From an uncultured Selenomonas sp. (GTDB taxonomy: Bacteria > Bacillota > Negativicutes > Selenomonadales > Selenomonadaceae): a stretch of DNA of 61,278 nt. The stretch is taken from positions 1,027-62,304 of the forward strand of contig CAJOIN010000004.1 of assembly GCA_905234515.1 (NCBI GenBank), in the 5' to 3' direction. How positions within the stretch are numbered: position 1 is the first letter of the stretch; each line of letters begins with the position of its first letter. Made by a program: the position numbers and the translations under genes. Of the stretch, positions 54,478 to 61,278 are shown one piece after another. The notes beneath the pieces are model-generated. The model searched no databases and was not told the origin of the DNA. It saw nothing but the letters and a program-made list of their open reading frames with translations.

Positions 54478-55482
54478 CTACTTTTTAGGCCTGATGGAAA
54501 CATCACCGGCCATAACAGTTTTAACACCTGACCCGGTTTCCACCAGCAGGGCCCCATAATCATCAATATCCACTGCCCGGCCGGTAAATTCTTCCCCGTC
54601 CCGGACACCGATGACCCGCACTTCCTGGCCCAGAGTCACCGAATACCGCCGCCAGGCCTCAAAGACAGGGCCAAAGCCGTCCTGCACGGCAATCTTATAC
54701 CAATGCTCCAGCTTCCTTAGCACCGACTGGAAAAATTGCACCCGCGGCACCGGCTTGCCTTTGAGGATTTCCATGGAGACAGCCGTCTCCCGCAAGTCCT
54801 CAGGGAATTCCTCAGCCTTGATATTGGCATTGATGCCGATGCCGATAATGATATGCTTGATGCGGTCAATATCGCAGCTGGCCTCAGTAAGAATACCCAC
54901 CAGTTTCCTGCCTTCATAGACGATATCATTGGGCCACTTGATGCCGGGCTGTAGGCCAAGCTCATACATGGCCTCCGTCACCGCCACCGCTGCCAAGAGC
55001 GTGCACTTGGGCGCTTCCTGGGGGGCGAAAGGAGGGCAGAGCACCAAGGAGAACCAGATTCCCTTCCCCGCGGGAGAAAAGAAGCTGCGTTCCAGACGTC
55101 CTCTTCCTCCAGTCTGGCTTTCGGCTGCCACCACCAGCCCGTCAAGTTTGGAACGCTCATGGTCCGCCTCCATCTTTCTGATGAGCTTTTTCGCCACATT
55201 GTTGGTGGAGTCTACCTGACGGAAAGTGTGAATCCTGCCCTTCTGTCCGATAAGCTCAGTTTGCAGCCCATGGCCTATCTCACTGGCATTCAGGCTGTCT
55301 GGCGCTTCCTTCAGCACATAACCCGAGCGAGGCTGGCTCTCTATCTGATAGCCCTCGTTTCTTAGCTCCTGGATGTGCTTCCACACCGCTGTGCGGGACA
55401 CCTCCAGCTGCTCTGCCATCTCTTCCCCGGAAATGTATTTCTCCCCGGCGCTGCGCAATAATCCAAGTACCTTAGCACGCAC
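54478..55482 (-). CDS. birA: biotin--protein ligase / repressor
   Basis: N-terminal HTH (SRTAVWKHI), QTGGRGR, IKWPND, KLVGIL. Confidence 0.95.
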   Translation of the reverse strand: MRAKVLGLLRSAGEKYISGEEMAEQLEVSRTAVWKHIQELRNEGYQIESQPRSGYVLKEAPDSLNASEIGHGLQTELIGQKGRIHTFRQVDSTNNVAKKLIRKMEADHERSKLDGLVVAAESQTGGRGRLERSFFSPAGKGIWFSLVLCPPFAPQEAPKCTLLAAVAVTEAMYELGLQPGIKWPNDIVYEGRKLVGILTEASCDIDRIKHIIIGIGINANIKAEEFPEDLRETAVSMEILKGKPVPRVQFFQSVLRKLEHWYKIAVQDGFGPVFEAWRRYSVTLGQEVRVIGVRDGEEFTGRAVDIDDYGALLVETGSGVKTVMAGDVSIRPKK

Positions 55483-55597
55483 AATCTTCCCCCCTGATGG
55501 GATATATTCTTTCCTATCTTTGTCAGCCATAATACTATGACAGTATATCATAAAACAGGCGCAACTGTCCTCCATTTAATGGTGTCCGGCCAAAAAT

Positions 55598-55633
55598 AAA
55601 GACGGCGGTACATACTTCTGCACCGCCGTCTTT
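55598..55633 (-). terminator. terminator after the RND gene
   Basis: aaagacggcggt/accgccgtcttt. Confidence 0.75.
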
Positions 55634-55650
55634 GGCGAAATTTATTCTGC

Positions 55651-58600
55651 TTACATGTAGTCGATGGAAGTCTTTTTCTTGTCCTGCTTCATGAAGCCCA
55701 GCTTGTGAGCTATCCACTCCGTGATGACGAAGAACACAGGTATCAGGAATACACCCATCATGGTGGCGAAGGTCATGCCTCCCACCACCGCCACGCCCAT
55801 GCCGTTACGGGCGGCGGCGCCTGCGCCGCTGGCCATGGCCAGGGGCAGACAGCCGATGATAAAGGCAAAGGAGGTCATGAGGATAGGCCTGAGGCGCAGG
55901 CCCGCTGCTTCAAGAGCCGCTTTCACGGGCTCCATGCCACGGTCCACACGCACCTTGGCAAACTCCACGATCAGGATGGCGTTCTTGGCCGCCAGGCCGA
56001 TGATCATGATGATGCCGATCTGCATGTAGACAGAATTCTGCAGGCCTGCATTGGCATGGCCAAAGTTGGCCTCCAGAGCTGCCAAAGCCCACTCGGAGAA
56101 AAGGGCGCCGAAGATGCCCGTGGGCACCGTCAGGAGCACCGCAAAGGGCACGCTCCAGCTCTCATAGAGAGCTGCCAGGCAGAGGAAGACGAAGACCAGA
56201 GCCAGAGCCAGCACCTGGAAGGTGGAGCTTGCGGCCTTCTTTTCCTCCCGGCTCTGACCGGACCACTCGATGTTGAAGCCTGTCCCCGCCTCCTGCCGGG
56301 CGATTTCCTCGATGGCTTCCATGGCCTGACCGGAGCTGTAGCCTGCCCCGGCGTTGCCTTGAATGGTGACAGCCTTGGTACCGTTGAAGCGGGAAATAAC
56401 CGTAGGACCGGTGCTGTTCCTGGGCTTCAAGAGAGTGTTCAGGGGCACCATGGTGCCGGAAGAACTCTTCACGAACATGAACTTCATGGCATCCGCCTCG
56501 CTGCGGAAGGAGGTGTCTGACTGGAGCACCACCTTGTAGCTCCTGCCGAAACGGTTGAAGTCATTCACCTGGGAACCGCCGAAATTCACCTGCATGGCAG
56601 TGAACACATCGGAAAGCTGCACGCCCATATTCTTGATTTTCTCCCTGTCCACATCGTACTCGATGGTAGGGGAAGTGATGGAATAGGTGGTGCGCACACC
56701 CTGCAGGGCAGGATGCTGGTTGGCCTTGGCCACGATGCGGTTGGTGATCTCGTAGAGTTCCTCATCCGTATGGCCGGACATATCCATGAGCTGCATGTTC
56801 CAGCCGCCCACATTGCCAAGGCCCGGCAGAGCCGGAGGATTGGTGGCTATGATGGTGGCCTCCGGGGCAACCTTTGCCCCTATGCCAAAGAGAGCTCCCA
56901 CTGCCGCATCCACGGACTGGTCATAGTCGGGCCGCTGGCTCCAGTCCTCCATGCCGATAACCAGAAGACCTGCGCTGGGCTTCGTGGTGAAGGCCAGCAT
57001 ATCAAAGCCCGTGACCCCCATGGAGTTCTTGATGCCCTTGATATTTTCCAGAGCCGCAGCCTGCAGCTTGTCCATGGTCTTCTGGGTCTGGTTCAGGGAA
57101 GTGCCCTCGGGCAGGTTCACCATGGCAAAGGCGTAGCCCTGATCCTCGTTGGGTACGAATGTGGTGGGCAGCTTCACATAGAGAAGGGCCATCAGACCGG
57201 ATACAATCAAAAGGAAGAGAATGGCCAGGCGGGAGCGCCTGATAAACCCGGCCACTATGCCCACATAGCCCTTCTTGGTGCGCTCGAACCAGTCGTTGAA
57301 GCCGGTGAAGAAGCGTCCGAGAAAGCCTTCCTTTTCGCTTTCGTCATGACGCTTCAGAATCATAGCGCAGAGAGCCGGGGTAAGGGTCAGGGCCACAAAG
57401 GCGGAAAGCGCCATGGAAACGGCGATGGTGAGTGCAAACTGGCGATAGAGCACGCCGGTCATGCCTCCCAGGAAGGCCACCGGCACGAACACCGCCGACA
57501 GGACGAAAGCAATAGCCACCACAGGCCCCTGCACCTCGTCCATGGCCCGCTCCGTGGCATCCACAGGCTCCAGGCCCTCCTCCATGTGCTTTTCCACGTT
57601 CTCGATGACCACGATAGCATCATCAACCACCAGGCCGATGGCCAGCACCAGGGCAAAGAGGGTCAAAGTATTGATGGAGAAATCCAAAAGTATGAAGGCT
57701 GCCAGAGTACCGATCAGAGATACCGGCACCGCCAGCAGAGGAATGACGGTAGCCCGCCAGTTCTGCAGGAAGACGAATATGACGAACACCACCAGGGCCA
57801 AAGCCTCGAAAAAGGTTTCCAACACCTCGTGAATAGAAGCATTGATATAATCCGTGCTGTCCATGATTTCGCTCACTTCCAGGCCGGGAGGCAGGTCGGG
57901 CTTGGCCTTTTCGATAACTTCCCGCACCCCTGCCACCGTCTGCATGGCGTTGGCATCATTGGTGAGCATGATGCCGAAGCCCACGGCGGGAGCGCCGTTG
58001 CTCTTGGAAACAATATTGTTGTCCTTCTGGCCTTCCTCTACCCTGGCTATATCCTTCAGCCTCACAAAGGAGCCATCGTTGCCATTGGTCTTGACGATGA
58101 TGTTACCGAATTCCTCAGGGGTGGTGAGACGTCCCTGGATCTTGCCGGTGTACTGCTTTTCCTGTCCGTTGTCCACCGGCATGCCGCCTACGGTACCGGC
58201 AGGAGCCTGGACATTCTGCTCATTTAGGGCATTGGTAACGTCTGCTACCGTCAGCTGGTACTCTGCCAGCTTGTCCGGATTCAGCCAGATGCGCATGGCG
58301 TAGTCGGCACCGAAGACCTGAACATCGCCCACGCCGGAAACACGCTTGATCTGATCCATCATGTAGATATCCGCGTAGTTCTTCATGAAGGCCCGGTCAT
58401 ACCTGCCATCGGGAGATGTGAGGGAGACCATGTAGGCCATATCATTGGAAGACTTTCGGGTGGTGACACCCGTGGACTGGACATCCGTGGGCAGGCTGGC
58501 GTTGGCGATGGCCACGTTATTCTGCACCTTGACGGAGTCCATATCGCCATCGGAGCCTGTGGCAAAGACCACGCTGAGGCTGTAGCGGCCCGCATCATTG

Positions 58601-58845
58601 GAGGTGGAATTCATGTAGTCCATGCCCTGGGTGCCGTTCACCTGCTGCTCGATAATCTGAGCCACCGTGTCATTCACTACGCTGGCATTGGCGCCGGTAT
58701 AGTTGGCAGACACGGAGATAGTCGGCGGGGAAATCTGCGGGTACTGGGCTATAGGCAGCTGCGTGCCGGAAATGATGCCCACGATCACGATAATCACGGA
58801 AAGGACTATCGCAAAAATCGGGCGGTGTATGAAAAACTTTGACAA
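55651..58845 (-). CDS. RND efflux permease (AcrB/HAE1 family)
   Basis: FFIHRPIFA, GLVVDDAIVVIEN, AKNAILIVEF, RLRPILMTS. Confidence 0.97.
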   Translation of the reverse strand: MSKFFIHRPIFAIVLSVIIVIVGIISGTQLPIAQYPQISPPTISVSANYTGANASVVNDTVAQIIEQQVNGTQGMDYMNSTSNDAGRYSLSVVFATGSDGDMDSVKVQNNVAIANASLPTDVQSTGVTTRKSSNDMAYMVSLTSPDGRYDRAFMKNYADIYMMDQIKRVSGVGDVQVFGADYAMRIWLNPDKLAEYQLTVADVTNALNEQNVQAPAGTVGGMPVDNGQEKQYTGKIQGRLTTPEEFGNIIVKTNGNDGSFVRLKDIARVEEGQKDNNIVSKSNGAPAVGFGIMLTNDANAMQTVAGVREVIEKAKPDLPPGLEVSEIMDSTDYINASIHEVLETFFEALALVVFVIFVFLQNWRATVIPLLAVPVSLIGTLAAFILLDFSINTLTLFALVLAIGLVVDDAIVVIENVEKHMEEGLEPVDATERAMDEVQGPVVAIAFVLSAVFVPVAFLGGMTGVLYRQFALTIAVSMALSAFVALTLTPALCAMILKRHDESEKEGFLGRFFTGFNDWFERTKKGYVGIVAGFIRRSRLAILFLLIVSGLMALLYVKLPTTFVPNEDQGYAFAMVNLPEGTSLNQTQKTMDKLQAAALENIKGIKNSMGVTGFDMLAFTTKPSAGLLVIGMEDWSQRPDYDQSVDAAVGALFGIGAKVAPEATIIATNPPALPGLGNVGGWNMQLMDMSGHTDEELYEITNRIVAKANQHPALQGVRTTYSITSPTIEYDVDREKIKNMGVQLSDVFTAMQVNFGGSQVNDFNRFGRSYKVVLQSDTSFRSEADAMKFMFVKSSSGTMVPLNTLLKPRNSTGPTVISRFNGTKAVTIQGNAGAGYSSGQAMEAIEEIARQEAGTGFNIEWSGQSREEKKAASSTFQVLALALVFVFLCLAALYESWSVPFAVLLTVPTGIFGALFSEWALAALEANFGHANAGLQNSVYMQIGIIMIIGLAAKNAILIVEFAKVRVDRGMEPVKAALEAAGLRLRPILMTSFAFIIGCLPLAMASGAGAAARNGMGVAVVGGMTFATMMGVFLIPVFFVITEWIAHKLGFMKQDKKKTSIDYM

Positions 58846-58857
58846 GACGCCGCCCCC

Positions 58858-60060
58858 TTATTTCTCAGTCGTAGAAGCGTCGGGATCATACGCGGAGTTG
58901 TCGGGATTCAGGGAGAAGCCCATTTCCTCCGGCGTCACCATGGTGACATTCAGCTCCCTGCCTTCCTGCAAGTTGGAAAGCCCTTCCACTACTACGATAT
59001 CGCTGGCATTTACACCATCCTTGATGATGTAGTAGCTGCCTACCTTGTCACCCAAAGTGACAGTACGGGCCTCGGACTTGCCTTCCCCGTTCACCACCAT
59101 CACAAATGACTTGCCCAAAAGCTGCTGTACTGCCCGCTGTGGCACCAAAATAGCATTTGGCACCGTCTCCCCGGTAAGCTTCACCCGGGCAAACATACCG
59201 GGAAGCAGGATGCCGTTGGGGTTTTCAAAGAGAGCCTTCAGGGTAAGTGTACCCGTGCTGTCGGAAAGAGCCCTGTCCGTTTCGGCAATGCTGCCCATCA
59301 GAGGGTATTCCGTGCCGTCAGCCAAAGTGAGGGACACGCCCACATTGCTGTTCAAATCCCCCTGCTGCAAGGATTTGATCCCGGCAAATTTCAGGAACTC
59401 AGCCTCGGAAATGGAGAACTGAGCGTAAATAGGATTAGAAGACCCCACAGTTACCAAGGTAGTGTTGCCGGCGGTCACATAAGTGCCCACCGCCACATCA
59501 TCCACGGAAAGCTGTCCCGTCATGGGCGCGTAAACCACAGTATCATCCAAATCTTCCTGGGCACGCTTCAAAAGAGCCGCATTGGCAGCCACAGCAGCTT
59601 CATAGGCATTCACATTGGCCTGCTGGGTAGCCACCGTCTGCTCGGCAATGGCATCGGATTCCAGGAGTTTCTGATAGCGGTAAAGATCCACCCTGGCGTT
59701 GTTGAGGGTAGCCTCGGACTGAGCCAGCGTGGCCTGGGCATTCAGCACTGCCGACTCATACTGGCGGGAATCGATGCGGTAGAGGGGCTGTCCCTCCACC
59801 ACATACTGGCCGCCCTGAACGTACTTTTCCGTAACCTTGCCGGAAACGCGGGCCTGGACCTTCACCTCGTCCTTGCCCACCAGGGAGCCTGCATACTCAC
59901 TGGCAAGGGGTGTATCCTGCTGGATGACGTTCATAGCCTTTACCTGGGCACCCCCACGCTGGGCCTCTTGCTGCTCCTTGCCGCAACCGGAGAGCATCAG
60001 GGCTGCAGCCAAAGCCGCCACCAAGGCCATGGCCTTTTTGTTTTTTGTCAAAAACAACAC
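58858..60060 (-). CDS. RND periplasmic adaptor (AcrA-like lipoprotein)
   Basis: Lipobox LSGC, ARVSG, LLPGMFAR; RBS AAGGAGG before GTG 60060. Confidence 0.93.
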   Translation of the reverse strand: MLFLTKNKKAMALVAALAAALMLSGCGKEQQEAQRGGAQVKAMNVIQQDTPLASEYAGSLVGKDEVKVQARVSGKVTEKYVQGGQYVVEGQPLYRIDSRQYESAVLNAQATLAQSEATLNNARVDLYRYQKLLESDAIAEQTVATQQANVNAYEAAVAANAALLKRAQEDLDDTVVYAPMTGQLSVDDVAVGTYVTAGNTTLVTVGSSNPIYAQFSISEAEFLKFAGIKSLQQGDLNSNVGVSLTLADGTEYPLMGSIAETDRALSDSTGTLTLKALFENPNGILLPGMFARVKLTGETVPNAILVPQRAVQQLLGKSFVMVVNGEGKSEARTVTLGDKVGSYYIIKDGVNASDIVVVEGLSNLQEGRELNVTMVTPEEMGFSLNPDNSAYDPDASTTEK

Positions 60061-60110
60061 AAAAAACCTCCTTTTATAAATAATACCCACTTACCTTCCA
60101 TCTCAAAGAT

Positions 60111-60130
60111 TAGTAAATGAGTGTTTACTA
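60111..60130. promoter_or_regulatory. palindrome, candidate MarR operator
   Basis: TAGTAAA-N6-TTTACTA just downstream of a minus-strand TTGACT-17-TACTAT promoter. Confidence 0.55.
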
Positions 60131-60208
60131 TCAATGGATTATATAGTATAGTATTGTTGAGCAAAAGTCAAGAACTGTACGGAAAAACCATACCAGGGAG
60201 GAATGGAA

Positions 60209-60655
60209 ATGACCTTGGCTAATCCTGAGCACGTACTTTCCCAAAACTTCATGGAAATGCTGATGCTCATACATGTAAATATCTTCCGCAACAAACACCT
60301 GCCCCTGCCCCTGAACCAGTATGGCCTCCTGATGGTCATCCATACGGAGGGCCCCATTACCAACAATCGGGCCAGCGAAATATTGAATATTTCCAAACAA
60401 CAGATGAGCAGTGTGGCTGAAAGGCTGGTAAAGCTGGGCTACATCAGCAAGGCCCTGGACGAGGCAGACCGCAGGCGCTGTCTGCTCAGGCTCACCGAAA
60501 AGGGCCTGCAGGTCGTTGCTGACCAGCACACCTATGTCCGCAACCGCTTCAATGCCAATCTTTCCAAACTCACAAAAGATGAGCAAGGACAGCTTGATAG
60601 TGCCATCGACTGCCTGAAAGACTCCATCGAAACCATGTTTGCCAAACAGGACTAG
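60209..60655 (+). CDS. MarR-family regulator
   Basis: LVKLGYI...DEADRRRCLLRLTEKG; divergent from the pump. Confidence 0.9.
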   Translation: MTLANPEHVLSQNFMEMLMLIHVNIFRNKHLPLPLNQYGLLMVIHTEGPITNNRASEILNISKQQMSSVAERLVKLGYISKALDEADRRRCLLRLTEKGLQVVADQHTYVRNRFNANLSKLTKDEQGQLDSAIDCLKDSIETMFAKQD

Positions 60656-60669
60656 GGGAGAAAACTATG

Positions 60670-60716
60670 AAAAGAGCCGGATTACCTGGGGTTCCACGGT
60701 ATTCCGGCTCTTTTTT
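60670..60716. terminator. bidirectional terminator
   Basis: aaaagagccgga/tccggctctttt. Confidence 0.75.
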
Positions 60717-60724
60717 ATTCCTCC

Positions 60725-61278
60725 TCAGCAGGAAAGCTCAATCACATCCAAATCATCGGGCACGAAGACACTACCATGGTAGTAATTCGCTGCCTCTTTG
60801 CTGTAATCCTGCTTGCGGGTGTCAATATGCTTATCTTCTGTATGGTAGAGCACCAAATTTTTAACCTTCAGCTCCTCCGCCAGCTCGCTGGCCTCCTTGA
60901 CAGTGCTGTGATGCTTTTCGTAGGGCTGGAAGATATCCCTGTCCCCGTAGCGGCAGAAAGCCTCAGAAAGCAGCCAGTCCGCCCCTTCCGCATACTGCCT
61001 GTCATGCTCGTTGTAAGGCTCATCTCCAAGGCAGGTGAACCTCATGCCGTCCGGGAAAACAAGCTGATAACCAAACTGCTTGGCCTTGGTGGAAAGTATG
61101 TCAAAGGCAGTGAGCCTGCCAAAGGGCAGCTCCACGCTCTCTCCGTCCTGCAGTTCCTGCAGCACAATGTCATCCCCCACCCTGGCAAAGTTCTTCTTGG
61201 TCAATGTCATCTTGCTCATGGCAAGAAGCATCTCCTTTACCACATCATGACAATAGATATGGAATTTGCCCTGGAACT
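60725..61278 (-). CDS. MBL-fold metallo-hydrolase (RNase Z-like), C-terminal part; start lies outside the window
   Basis: LGDEP, SEAFC, KHHST, LVLYHTED. Confidence 0.82.
   Translation of the reverse strand, partial: FQGKFHIYCHDVVKEMLLAMSKMTLTKKNFARVGDDIVLQELQDGESVELPFGRLTAFDILSTKAKQFGYQLVFPDGMRFTCLGDEPYNEHDRQYAEGADWLLSEAFCRYGDRDIFQPYEKHHSTVKEASELAEELKVKNLVLYHTEDKHIDTRKQDYSKEAANYYHGSVFVPDDLDVIELSC

Overview
61 kb of mostly core chromosome from a Firmicute. Gene order and protein styles suggest Negativicutes (Selenomonas/Anaerovibrio-like); this is an inference. Most genes are on the minus strand: tRNA cluster-rpmG-secE-nusG-rplKA-rplJL-rpoBC, argS-rpoE-pyrG, guaB, carboxy(nor)spermidine dehydrogenase/decarboxylase, cdaA-cdaR-(FAD protein)-glmM-cbiK, motAB, birA-coaX-dusB and an RND pump. 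The left edge carries the start of an SNF2-type helicase and an XRE regulator, a probable defence-island border. Most notable: (1) a ~290-nt structured leader of the polyamine operon with a strong-RBS mini-ORF Met-Gly-Pro-stop and alternative hairpins; (2) a fused MNT-HEPN gene between rplL and rpoB with a possible internal start; (3) a SpeD homologue lacking the pyruvoyl-forming Ser; (4) NusG lacking the FGR loop; (5) a recurring sigma-H-like promoter. pyrG, guaB and rpoC each carry a local lesion, most likely assembly artefacts. No CRISPR array, rRNA or transposase was seen.
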